From: Rhodospirillales bacterium
Lineage (GTDB): Bacteria > Pseudomonadota > Alphaproteobacteria > Bin95
Direction of reading: 5' to 3'
Length of the DNA: 64,000 bases
Assembly (NCBI GenBank): GCA_038143065.1
Contig: JAYQLI010000012.1
Location: 79,198-143,197, forward strand
Numbering within the stretch: the first letter of the stretch is position 1; every line of letters starts with the position of its first letter. The position numbers were made by a program, and so were the translations under genes. This document shows positions 10,125 through 19,976 of the stretch, piece by piece. The notes beneath the pieces were generated by a model. That model saw nothing but the letters and a program-made list of their open reading frames with translations, searched no databases and was not told the origin of the DNA.

Positions 10125-12197
10125 ATGGGTTGGACAGTTGGTGTGGATGTCGGCGGGACATTTACTGATTTTTATGCAGCGAACGATCAAACCGGAGTGT
10201 TTCACGTTCACAAAACGTCGTCCACGCCTTCGAACCCAGCTGAAGCAATTCTAAATGGTCTTGACGTAATGTGCACCAAGTTCGATATCCCAGCGGATGA
10301 AATCGAACGGGTGTCCCATGGAACAACAGTTGGCACCAATGCGCTGATCCAGCGCACTGGAAGCCGTGTGGCCTTGGTAACAACCAAAGGGTTTTGCGAT
10401 CTGTTGGAAGTTGGTCGCCAAACGCGCCCTCATATGTATGACTTGCAACGGGATCACCCCGATCCGCTAGTGGATCGGGAATACCGCATTGAACTGAATG
10501 AACGTATCGGCGCAAAGGGTGAAATCGTTCGCGCTCCGAGTGCTGAGGATATCGATGCGGCTGTTGATGAAGTGATTTCTGTGGCTGCAGGCGCCTGCGC
10601 CATTGGGTTTGTTTTTTCGTTCAGAAATGACAGCCACGAACAAGCGTTTGCAAAGGCCTTGCGCAAACGTGCACCAGAGATTGCGGTTTCGGTGTCCTCC
10701 GAAGTACAGCCAGAATTTCGCGAATATGAACGACTATCCACAACAGTTCTCAACGCCTATTTGCAGCCTGTTATGTGGCACTATTTGGAAACCTTGGAAG
10801 CAGGGATCGCAGAACGTGCGCCCAATGCCAGCCTTGGGATTAACCAATCAAGTGGTGGATTGATGTCGGTTCAGCGGTCAAGGGAATTTCCAGTGCGGAC
10901 TGCTCTGTCTGGTCCTGCTGCAGGTGCAGTGGGCGCGGCCCATGCGGCACGTCAAACAGGACGCCGCAATATCATTACGCTCGATATGGGTGGCACCAGT
11001 GCCGATGTAGCGTTGATCCGTGACTACAGCGTTGATCTGGCGTTTGATCGTGATGTAGCTGGCTTTCCTATTCGGATGCCGTGCGTTGATGTGGAAACTG
11101 TTGGTGCGGGTGGTGGCTCGATTGCGTGGTTTGATCGTGATGGTCTGTTGAAGGTTGGTCCAAAATCCGCAGGGGCGTATCCCGGACCCGCGTGTTACGG
11201 CAATGGCGGCGACGAACCGACAACAACGGATGCGAACCTATTGCTAGGTCGTTTGTCTTCACGCGGTTTGCTGGATGGTGAAATGGGGCTTGATCCAGAG
11301 TTATCCCGTGCAGTTTTTAAGCCGATTGCGGATCAGTTGGGTTTTACCCTCGAAAAAACCGCACAGGGGATGCTGGGTATCGTAATTGCCAATATGGTGC
11401 GAACGATCCGCACCATTTCTGTTGAGCGTGGACATGATCCGCGTGACTTTGTGCTGATGCCATTTGGTGGCGCTGGGCCTCTGCACGCCCGTGATGTGGC
11501 TGTAAGCCTCGGCATGAAAGAAATGGTTGTGCCCGCCGCACCTGGTATCGTTTGTGCTCAGGGTCTGTTAGTGTCTGATTTGAAAGAAGATTTTGTTGTC
11601 AGCCGCCGTATTGCATTGGATGACACTGGGATCGGTGTTTTGGCGCAAACATTAGCAGACTTGCACACCAAAGCCGTGGATTGGTTTGCCAAGGAGAAAG
11701 CCCCTGAAACTGGTCGTAGTGTTCAATTGATTGTGGATGCGCGGTATGTGGGTCAAAACTTTGAACTTGCAGTGCCCGTGGCCGCAGGTGCGCAGTTATC
11801 TGTAAACGATGTACCAAATGCCCAAACGGTGACCAAAGCATTCTGTGATGCGCATGATCAAGCTTATGGCTACGCCAGCGAAACTGATCCCGTTGAAATA
11901 GTGAATGTTCGCTTGTCGGCACGTGCAAAGTTACACACATTCGAGGACAAACCAGCCGTAGATAGTGAAATAGATGAACCACAGGTGCGCGACACTCGTT
12001 TAGTTTATTATGATAGCGATGCTCCTGTTGAATCGCGTATTTACGACAGTGCGGAAATGCGCCCGGGCCAACGGGTCACCGGCCCAGCGGTTCTGGAGCA
12101 AATGGACACGACCACACCAGTTTACCCTGGTGATGTTGCTGAAATGACGCCCGATGGGCATTTGATTATCACCATAAAGCCGGAGGACCTTGCATGA
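10125..12197 (+). CDS. Hydantoinase/oxoprolinase family subunit A (ATP-binding; HyuA/OplA/CapA-like)
   Basis: GVDVGGTFTD, HGTTVGTNAL, SGPAAG, DMGGTSADV, GAGGGS; GGAGAA RBS before ATG 10125. Confidence 0.93.
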   Translation: MGWTVGVDVGGTFTDFYAANDQTGVFHVHKTSSTPSNPAEAILNGLDVMCTKFDIPADEIERVSHGTTVGTNALIQRTGSRVALVTTKGFCDLLEVGRQTRPHMYDLQRDHPDPLVDREYRIELNERIGAKGEIVRAPSAEDIDAAVDEVISVAAGACAIGFVFSFRNDSHEQAFAKALRKRAPEIAVSVSSEVQPEFREYERLSTTVLNAYLQPVMWHYLETLEAGIAERAPNASLGINQSSGGLMSVQRSREFPVRTALSGPAAGAVGAAHAARQTGRRNIITLDMGGTSADVALIRDYSVDLAFDRDVAGFPIRMPCVDVETVGAGGGSIAWFDRDGLLKVGPKSAGAYPGPACYGNGGDEPTTTDANLLLGRLSSRGLLDGEMGLDPELSRAVFKPIADQLGFTLEKTAQGMLGIVIANMVRTIRTISVERGHDPRDFVLMPFGGAGPLHARDVAVSLGMKEMVVPAAPGIVCAQGLLVSDLKEDFVVSRRIALDDTGIGVLAQTLADLHTKAVDWFAKEKAPETGRSVQLIVDARYVGQNFELAVPVAAGAQLSVNDVPNAQTVTKAFCDAHDQAYGYASETDPVEIVNVRLSARAKLHTFEDKPAVDSEIDEPQVRDTRLVYYDSDAPVESRIYDSAEMRPGQRVTGPAVLEQMDTTTPVYPGDVAEMTPDGHLIITIKPEDLA

Positions 12198-13889
12198 GCG
12201 AGCGCACAGTAGAACTCGATCCGATCCGTCTGGAAATTATCGCCAATGGTCTGCGCTCAATTGCGGATGAATGCTTTGTGGCGTTGATGCGGTCTTCGTA
12301 TTCGACCAACATCAAGGAGCGCAAAGACCATTCCATTGCGATTGTAGACAAAGTCGGCCGTTTGGTTGTTCAGGCGGAACTGACCCTGCCCATTCACATC
12401 GCCTCGATGGGGGGATTGATGAAATGTGTGTTGGAAAAATTTGGCGACGACATCAATGAAGGCGATATCTTTGTAGCCAACGATCCACACACGGCGGGCG
12501 GCACACACTTGCCTGATATTAACTACGCAATGCCGATCTTTATTGACGGCGAGATCGTAGCTTTTGTGTGCAACATCGCCCACCACGCCGATATCGGTGG
12601 TATGGTTCCGGGTTCTATGGCGGGTGGCATGTCGGAGATTTATCAGGAAGGGCTGCGTATTCCCGCTGTCCGCCTGTTTAACAAAGGTATTTTGCAACAA
12701 GATATCATGGATATCATGTTGTTGAACGTTCGAGTTCCCGAAGAACGCCAAAGGCGATCACAACGCACAAATTGCGTCGTGTCGATTGGGCGAACGGCGG
12801 TTCAAAGAAGTTGTCGGAGTTCATGGATTGTCAAGCGTTGTGACAGCGTTTGATGAAATTATCAGCCGTACAAACCAGCGGATGAAAGACACTATCGCGC
12901 AGATACCTGATGGAGTTTATGAATTCAAAGACTACATGGATTCAGATGGTCTCTCGACCTACGATATTCCGATTTGCCTGAAACTGACGGTTAAAGGCGA
13001 ACGTATCCATCTGGATTTTGCGGGCACCAGCCCACAGGTTAGAGGTAACATCAACACGACATTAAATGCAGTACAGGCCAGTGTGAGTTATGCGTTGATC
13101 GGGGCATTAGACAGCGAAATGCCATCCAACCAAGGTGTGTTGGACGCGGTTGATATTTCATGTGGATCTGGCACGATTTTGAACTGTGTCTTCCCAGCCC
13201 CCGTAGCGGCGCGTGCGCATGCCTGCCAACGGGTGATTGATATTGTTCTTGGCGCCTTGTCCAAAGCGATCCCAGACAAGGTGATTGCAGCGGCGAACGG
13301 AGCCAATACAACGGCTGTTTTTTCGGGCGTCGATCCTCGCACTGGTAAACCGTATCTGTACTTTGAAACCATCGGAGGTGGTATGGGTGCACGGGCGACC
13401 AAAGACGGCAAAGATGGCGTTCAAGTTGGCATAACCAACACATCAAACCTGCCAGTGGAATCCATTGAACAAGAATACCCGCTGCGGGTCGAAGAATACG
13501 GCTTTGTCGAAAACTCTGGCGGCGCGGGTGAATTTCGTGGGGGCATGGGATTGCGCCGCGTGTTAACACCTGTGGACCATGAATGTGTGTTCAACGGCGC
13601 GGGCGAACGGTTCCGGTATCAACCTTGGGGGTTGTTTGGCGGCGAAGCAGGTGCGTCTGGCCAATTCCAGATCGAAGACGCTGATGGCATACGCCGTTTG
13701 GACGACAAACCGAATGAGGTTGAAGTCAAACTGGGCACGCGCATAACAGTGGAAACACCGGGCGCGGGTGGCTATGGCAAACCTGCTAAGCGGAATGCAG
13801 AAGCTGTAAAACGAGACCAAGAGAGCGGAAAATATTCGCCAGAGTTCATAAAAGAAAACTATGCAGAAACCAACTTCGGGGAGCAATAA
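12194..13889 (+). CDS. Hydantoinase/oxoprolinase family subunit B (frameshift near 12750)
   Basis: NDPHTAGGTHLPD, HHADIGG, EIYQEGL, GGAGEFRGG, TPGAGGYG; ORFs 12194..12853 and 12786..13889. Confidence 0.9.
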
Positions 13890-13890
13890 C

Positions 13891-14928
13891 ATGCGTGTCT
13901 ACTCTATGGTACGGCCCAAGAAACTGTCGGAAATGCCAGAAGCAATGGCACGGGCAGAACGGCTTGGCTATGACGGGACAACTTTGCTGGAACTGACTGT
14001 TCCACCAACCTTGTCTGCTGCGGCTGGAGCGATGCTAACCAAAGATATCAAGATGATGTCTGGCGTTTTTGTTGCCTTTCCCCGTAGCCCGATGGCAACC
14101 GCCTATGATGCGTGGTCGTTGAATGAATTGTCGGGTGGGCGTTTCCAGCTTGGCCTTGGCAGCCAGATCAAGGCCCACATTACGCGCCGCTTTGGTATGG
14201 AGTATTTGCCGGTGATCCGTCGGATGAAAGACTACATCAACGCTTTGAACGCAATTTGGGATTGTTGGCAGGATGGAACTAAACTGGATTATGATGGCGT
14301 GTATTACAAACACAACCTCATGATACCGTATTACAACCCTGGCCCATTAACGACCGGCAAGCCGGAAATCCATTTGGCCGCGATCAACAAATTAATGTGT
14401 CGGTTGTGTGGTGAGGTTGCAAACGGCCATTTACCCGGTGATCCGATCACATGGAAATGGCACGAGGAAGTCATGTTGCCCAACCTTGAGATAGGTTTGG
14501 AACGTTCCGGTCGCACGCTCAAAGACCTCGATCTGGGTGGCTATGGCTTCATCGGCTGTGCGACAAATACCGAGGGGCTGGATCGCGTTGCCAATGGTTT
14601 GAAAGAGCGGGTTGCATTATATGCGTCGACGCCAGAATATGCAGAAATGTTGTCAATGTTTGGTTGGTCGGTGAGCCAAGAAGATTTCGCCAATCTGTCC
14701 CGTCAAGGTAAATGGGCCGAAATGGGAAATCTGGTAACTGATGATATGCTTGAAGCCTATTCGGTGATTACAACACCGGAAGACCTGCCTTCTGCTTTGG
14801 CCAAAAGGTATGGTGGAAAAGTTGATCGCATCCCAATTGATGAAACATGGTTTGATGGTTTGACTGATGATCAAGTTGAAACACTGGTAACTGAAATTAA
14901 GAAAATACCCAGCCATGCTGACGGTTGA
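13891..14928 (+). CDS. LLM-class (luciferase-like) oxidoreductase, probably F420-dependent (TIGR03617/MSMEG_2256-like)
   Basis: AFPRSPM..AY.AW.L..LSGGRF.LGLGSQIKAHI.RRFG and YASTP.Y motifs; in an operon with F420 genes. Confidence 0.82.
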   Translation: MRVYSMVRPKKLSEMPEAMARAERLGYDGTTLLELTVPPTLSAAAGAMLTKDIKMMSGVFVAFPRSPMATAYDAWSLNELSGGRFQLGLGSQIKAHITRRFGMEYLPVIRRMKDYINALNAIWDCWQDGTKLDYDGVYYKHNLMIPYYNPGPLTTGKPEIHLAAINKLMCRLCGEVANGHLPGDPITWKWHEEVMLPNLEIGLERSGRTLKDLDLGGYGFIGCATNTEGLDRVANGLKERVALYASTPEYAEMLSMFGWSVSQEDFANLSRQGKWAEMGNLVTDDMLEAYSVITTPEDLPSALAKRYGGKVDRIPIDETWFDGLTDDQVETLVTEIKKIPSHADG

Positions 14929-16426
14929 ACCCTTTCTTCAAAACGCCGATACCAGAGACTTTGCAGCTGAAGAATGGGATCGACTGTGCGCCCGTGATCC
15001 GTCAGCTTTGGCGGTTGCCGAAATTGACCGTGAAATCACTGTTGGTGAACTGATCAAACAGGCTCGTGTGCGGGCGGGACAGTTTATTGCACAAGGCGCG
15101 GAGCCAGGATCTCGGGTGATTGTTGCGCGCCCGAACGTGATCGAATTTGTGGTGGATTATCTCGCGGTTCGTCTTTGTGGTGCTGTATTGGTCAACCTTC
15201 CTTGGGCCGCAGGGACCAGCATCACGGAATTGGCAGAAATTCTGGACGCCAAAGTGGTTGTGCTGACCGAACATCTTGTTGGCGACAATCCTTTGTTTGA
15301 TCAACTGGGAGATCGTCGTTTTCGTGAAGATGAAACCACCGACATCGGACCAGAACGCCCTGTTGCACGGAGCGGCGAAGAATTGGCTTGGTTGGCCTGC
15401 ACGTCTGGCACCACAGGTACGCCCAAGGCGGCGATGCATACGGGCGCCACGTGGCAGCGCCAAACCGAGGTATTTGCCCAACATTTTAGGCTGACCAAAG
15501 ACGACCCGATTTTGGTGTCTGCGCCTGTCGGTCACGCAGTTGCATTGTTGTTCGGTGTGCGGTTCTCGCTGTTGCTGGATTCACCGATGATTTTGGTGTC
15601 TCGTTGGAAAATCGACACGGCGGTGGATTTGATTGAGCGTTATAATTGTACCTTCACAGTTGCGCCGACGCCGTTTCTGATTGATATGGTTTCCTTTGCT
15701 GAACAAAACGGCAACGAGCGAGTGAAATCGCTGAAATTCTTTCCATCTGCTGGTGCGCCTGTGCCACGCACATTGGTGCGTCGTGGCTTGGATGCTTTGC
15801 CCGGGTGTCAGGTTTGGTCCTATTTTGGAACGTCGGAAGCGGGCGCGGTAACGGCCTGCCCGTTGGACGCTGATTTGGAGAATCGTCTAGAGACAGATGG
15901 AATAGCGATGCCCGGCACAACAACCCGTGTCGTTGATAATGAGCTGCAAGTGCACTGCCCTGAACAAATGATGACAGGGTATTGGAGCGGCGATCCGAAT
16001 GGGCGGCTGCATGATGATGGCTGGTATCAAACTGGCGATGCTTGCGAACAGCGTGAAGATGGCTATATCAAGATGGTAGGACGTGCGCAGGATATCATTC
16101 TGCGTGGCGGAGAGAACATCTCACCGTTAGAGATCGAAAACACGTTGCTGAGCCATACTAGCGTCGAAGATGTTGCCATTATTGGCTATCCTGATGAGCG
16201 TCTGGGCTCTCGATTGGCGGCAGTAGTTGTTCAAACGGCTGATGTGACGCTGGACGATTTGCGTGATCATTGTAAAGGTGTTGGGCTTGATAAGGCAAAG
16301 TGGCCGGAATTCATGACATGCATCGACAAAATTCCACTGTCCGCAATTGGCAAAGTCCAACGCGGCGTTTTGGAAGATTACGTTTGGGATGAAGTCAAGA
16401 AAACCGCAAAGAAAGGTGTTTCCTAA
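14915..16426 (+). CDS. AMP-forming acyl-CoA synthetase
   Basis: TSGTTGTPK, YFGTSE, TGD, RGGENISPLEIE, GKVQR. Confidence 0.9.
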   Translation: MLTVEPFLQNADTRDFAAEEWDRLCARDPSALAVAEIDREITVGELIKQARVRAGQFIAQGAEPGSRVIVARPNVIEFVVDYLAVRLCGAVLVNLPWAAGTSITELAEILDAKVVVLTEHLVGDNPLFDQLGDRRFREDETTDIGPERPVARSGEELAWLACTSGTTGTPKAAMHTGATWQRQTEVFAQHFRLTKDDPILVSAPVGHAVALLFGVRFSLLLDSPMILVSRWKIDTAVDLIERYNCTFTVAPTPFLIDMVSFAEQNGNERVKSLKFFPSAGAPVPRTLVRRGLDALPGCQVWSYFGTSEAGAVTACPLDADLENRLETDGIAMPGTTTRVVDNELQVHCPEQMMTGYWSGDPNGRLHDDGWYQTGDACEQREDGYIKMVGRAQDIILRGGENISPLEIENTLLSHTSVEDVAIIGYPDERLGSRLAAVVVQTADVTLDDLRDHCKGVGLDKAKWPEFMTCIDKIPLSAIGKVQRGVLEDYVWDEVKKTAKKGVS

Positions 16427-16427
16427 T

Positions 16428-16868
16428 ATGGGAATGCGTCACAACAATCTGACGATTGATGACATACAGGAACGGATCAACCGCTCCAAATACCATCAAT
16501 TATTCCAACCAAAAGTGCTGGAACTGGACAACGAAATAGAAAGGCTAAAGCTGCGGGTATCGATGTGTGATGAGTTTGAACGCCAGCCAGAAACAAATCA
16601 GTGGCATGGTGGCGTAATTGGATCCTTGGTGGATATCACTGGATGCTATGCGTTGATGCTGGTCGCTGGTGGCCCGATGCTTACGCTGAATTTCAGCACG
16701 GATTTCCTGCGCCTTGCAGTGTCAGACCATCTGTATGCCATTGCAACCGTGCGGCGCATTGGGAGCACAGTTGGATTTGTAGATGTTGAAATCGAAGATG
16801 ATGTAGGGGTGACAGTTGTAACGGGTCGTGCCTGTTATGCCATCCGCGCAAACAAAACAGAGGTATAA
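16428..16868 (+). CDS. PaaI-family (hotdog fold) thioesterase
   Basis: HGGVIGSLVD motif, T..F..DFLR, ~145 aa. Confidence 0.85.
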   Translation: MGMRHNNLTIDDIQERINRSKYHQLFQPKVLELDNEIERLKLRVSMCDEFERQPETNQWHGGVIGSLVDITGCYALMLVAGGPMLTLNFSTDFLRLAVSDHLYAIATVRRIGSTVGFVDVEIEDDVGVTVVTGRACYAIRANKTEV

Positions 16869-16885
16869 GCCTGAGAGGTGAAGAC

Positions 16886-17569
16886 ATGACTGAATATTCC
16901 GAAAGTATGAACATTGCTATCATCGGTGGTACCGGCGCATTGGGCGCTGGGTTGGCACTGCGTTGGGCGCGAGCTGGCCACAACGTGGCCATCGGGTCGC
17001 GCGATGGCGGGCGTGCTACTGATAGAGCCGCCGAGTTGTCCGCGCAAGCAGGTGCGAAAATTACAGGACATGACAATGCAACGGCTGCAGCCGGTGGCGA
17101 TCTAGTCGTTATGGCAGTGCCTTATGCAAGCCACACGGCGACGTTGAACAGCATCAAACCGCATCTAGAAGGTAAAATTTACGTTGATGTTACCGTTCCA
17201 TTGATACCCCCAAAAGTGCGCACAGTTCAATTACCAGAGAGCGGTTCGGTCGCCAAGAATGTGCAAAAGGAACTGGGCGAAACTGTTCGTGTTGTTTCTG
17301 CGTTTCAGAACGTCGCAGCGGCTCATTTGAATGATCTGGATCACAGTATTGATTGCGACGTATTTGTTTGTGGTAACGACAAGCCTGCGCGCGGAACGGT
17401 TATCAAGCTGGCCCAAGACGCGGATATGAAAGCTTGGCACGCAGGACGGATTGACAATTCCGCCGTAGCTGAAGCATTGACCTCTGTTTTGATCTTCATC
17501 AATGGAGCCTACAAAATCGACGGCGCAGGCATCAAAATCATTGGCAAACCACAACTTCAAGACGACTAA
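16886..17569 (+). CDS. npdG: NADPH-dependent F420 reductase (Fno/NpdG)
   Basis: IAIIGGTGALGAGLA, IGSR, AVPY, VVSAFQNVAA, EALTSVLIFIN. Confidence 0.9.
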   Translation: MTEYSESMNIAIIGGTGALGAGLALRWARAGHNVAIGSRDGGRATDRAAELSAQAGAKITGHDNATAAAGGDLVVMAVPYASHTATLNSIKPHLEGKIYVDVTVPLIPPKVRTVQLPESGSVAKNVQKELGETVRVVSAFQNVAAAHLNDLDHSIDCDVFVCGNDKPARGTVIKLAQDADMKAWHAGRIDNSAVAEALTSVLIFINGAYKIDGAGIKIIGKPQLQDD

Positions 17570-17587
17570 GTCAACGAAGGAATTCGC

Positions 17588-18367
17588 GTGTCAATCCAAA
17601 TTACCCTTACGGCGCTACAGGATCTCCCGCTTGTAAAATCGGGGGACGATCTTTGCAGTTTGATAACAGACGGTTTGACACGTTTGCCACTAGTGCTGTG
17701 TGATGGCGACATCATTGTCGTGGCGCAGAAAATAATTTCCAAAGCCGAAGGGCGTACAGTAAATTTGAACACTATCTCTCCCAGCGCGCGGGCGATGGAA
17801 TTGGCGGGTGAAACGCAAAAAGATGCCCGTGTTGTTGAGTTGATCCTCAGCGAAAGCAAATCCATCGTTCGCAAGAAACCAGGCGTGATGATTGTTGAAC
17901 ACAATCGCGGCTGGATCATGGCAAACGCGGGAATTGATACGTCGAATGTTCGGTCCGACAGTGGTGAAGAAAACGTTCTATTACTGCCACTGGATCCAGA
18001 ACAGAGTGCAACAAACTTGCGCGATGCATTGATGCAGCGGCACGGTTGCGATGTCGCTGTGGTTGTTTCTGACAGTTTCGGACGGCCCTGGCGGTTAGGT
18101 ACAACGGGTGTCGCAATTGGCGCCTCTGGACTACCGAGCCTGTGGGACAGACGCGGCGAAGTTGATTTGTTTGGACGCAAACTGATTGTCACACAACAAG
18201 CCATCGCAGACGAAGTCGCTACGGCCGCATCATTATTGCAGGGGCAAACCGCCGAAGGGCGACCTGTGGTGCATATGCGGGGGCTGGAATTTGGAGGTCA
18301 TGCCTCGGCGCATCATCGCCCTGCCTCTGATCTGATCCGTGATATCGCCGAGGATATGTTCCGATGA
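17588..18367 (+). CDS. cofE: Coenzyme F420-0:L-glutamate ligase (no fused nitroreductase domain)
   Basis: QKIISKAEGR, ANAGIDTSN, SDSFGRPWRLG, ADEVA; 259 aa. Confidence 0.92.
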   Translation: MSIQITLTALQDLPLVKSGDDLCSLITDGLTRLPLVLCDGDIIVVAQKIISKAEGRTVNLNTISPSARAMELAGETQKDARVVELILSESKSIVRKKPGVMIVEHNRGWIMANAGIDTSNVRSDSGEENVLLLPLDPEQSATNLRDALMQRHGCDVAVVVSDSFGRPWRLGTTGVAIGASGLPSLWDRRGEVDLFGRKLIVTQQAIADEVATAASLLQGQTAEGRPVVHMRGLEFGGHASAHHRPASDLIRDIAEDMFR

Positions 18368-19311
18368 GCGGAGCCGTTGTAACCTTGTCTGGTGGCGTCG
18401 GCGGTGCCAAACTGGTGCTGGGCATGTCCTATGTTGTTGCGGGCAGAGAACTGGTCGTTGTTTGCAATACTGGCGATGATTTCACGCATCTCGGTCTGCG
18501 AGTATGCCCCGATATCGATTCCGTTCTATATGCGCTGTCTGGCCTGTCTGATCAGACGCGGGGTGGGGAAGAAAAAGACGAATCTTGGACCTTTATGTCC
18601 GCGATGAAGGATTTGCAGGGACCAGATTGGTTCAATCTGGGTGACAGAGATTTGGCCACGCATGTTTTGCGCACAGATATGTTGGCGCAGAATAAAACGA
18701 TGACGGAAGTGACCGGTAATTTGGCGCTGCGGATGGGTATCGAGGCGGATATTCTGCCGATGAGCGATGATCCCGTTGCGACTATTGTTCATACAGACGC
18801 AGGTGATCTGGCATTTCAGCATTATTTTGTGCGCGAGCAATGCGGACCGCGTGTTGCTGGGTTCTCTTTTGATGGAACCGAAAATGCGGAACCACAGCCG
18901 CAGATATTGGACGTGCTGCAATCTGACCCAGAATCTATTATCATCGCGCCGTCTAACCCTTACGTTAGTGTTGATCCCATTTTGCAGCTGAAAGGAATGA
19001 AGACGGCGCTGAAAAATGCAGGCGCTCCCATTGTGGCCGTCTCGCCGATTATTGGTGGGAAAGCCATCAAAGGGCCAGCTGCCAAGATGATGCAAGAGTT
19101 GGGCAAAGACGTTTCGGTGCTTAGCATTGCAGCTCACTATCAAGATTTGATCGACGGTCTGGTGATTGATGTTAAGGACGCAGAATTGGCACCGCAAATT
19201 CGCGAGATGGGGATAAAAACCCTCGTCACACAATCAGTCATGACTGATCTGAACAGTCGCATTGAATTGGCACAAGCGACGCTGGATTTCGCACGGGACT
19301 GTGGGTCATGA
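18364..19311 (+). CDS. cofD: 2-phospho-L-lactate/PEP transferase (CofD/FbiA)
   Basis: LSGGVGGAK, NTGDDF, CPDID, LGDRD, FQHYFV, PSNPYVS, KGPAAK. Confidence 0.93.
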   Translation: MSGAVVTLSGGVGGAKLVLGMSYVVAGRELVVVCNTGDDFTHLGLRVCPDIDSVLYALSGLSDQTRGGEEKDESWTFMSAMKDLQGPDWFNLGDRDLATHVLRTDMLAQNKTMTEVTGNLALRMGIEADILPMSDDPVATIVHTDAGDLAFQHYFVREQCGPRVAGFSFDGTENAEPQPQILDVLQSDPESIIIAPSNPYVSVDPILQLKGMKTALKNAGAPIVAVSPIIGGKAIKGPAAKMMQELGKDVSVLSIAAHYQDLIDGLVIDVKDAELAPQIREMGIKTLVTQSVMTDLNSRIELAQATLDFARDCGS

Positions 19312-19976
19312 CCGATGTCATAATTCCAGTCAAAGATTTGTCACGAGCCAAAGGACGGTTGCAAAACATCTTGACCCCCGCCGAGCGTGCGGGTCTTGTT
19401 TTGGCAATGTTACACGATCTGCTAACGACGCTTAATCAGTGTGCTTTGGGAGATATCTGGCTTGTCGCATGTGATGAAGCTGTGTTTGATCTCGGGGCAG
19501 AATTCGGGGTCCATGATATCCGTGAACACGTTTCAAAGGGTTACAATCACGGCGTTTCTGCGGGATTGCAGTCCGTTAACGCAAAGAATTCAGTTGTTAT
19601 TCTTCCCGCTGATCTGCCATTGGCAAAGCCCCACGACATTGCGCAGTTGATTCAAGCAGGAGCTGGTATCAATCCAACGGTTGCGATTGTGCCTGATCGT
19701 CACAATCGTGGGACAAATGGGTTGTTTCTATCTGCTCCTGATTTGATCACACCTGACTTCGGTGAAAGCAGTCTTTTCAATCACAAGGTTGCCGCCGCAC
19801 AACTCAGTATTTCCGCACATGTCGTTCCTATCGAAGCAATGGCGATGGATATTGATAGCCCAGAGGATCTTTTTGCGGTGGCTCAATCGACGACATCCAA
19901 TTCCACTACGAATTTTCTGGCATCCATTGCGTTTGGACAAGATGCGTGGACTTCACATAAATGGGAGGTCGCATGA
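19308..19976 (+). CDS. cofC: 2-phospho-L-lactate/PEP guanylyltransferase (CofC/FbiD)
   Basis: IPVK...AKGRL, ADLP, GTNGL, FGESS, DIDSPEDL. Confidence 0.9.
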   Translation: MTDVIIPVKDLSRAKGRLQNILTPAERAGLVLAMLHDLLTTLNQCALGDIWLVACDEAVFDLGAEFGVHDIREHVSKGYNHGVSAGLQSVNAKNSVVILPADLPLAKPHDIAQLIQAGAGINPTVAIVPDRHNRGTNGLFLSAPDLITPDFGESSLFNHKVAAAQLSISAHVVPIEAMAMDIDSPEDLFAVAQSTTSNSTTNFLASIAFGQDAWTSHKWEVA

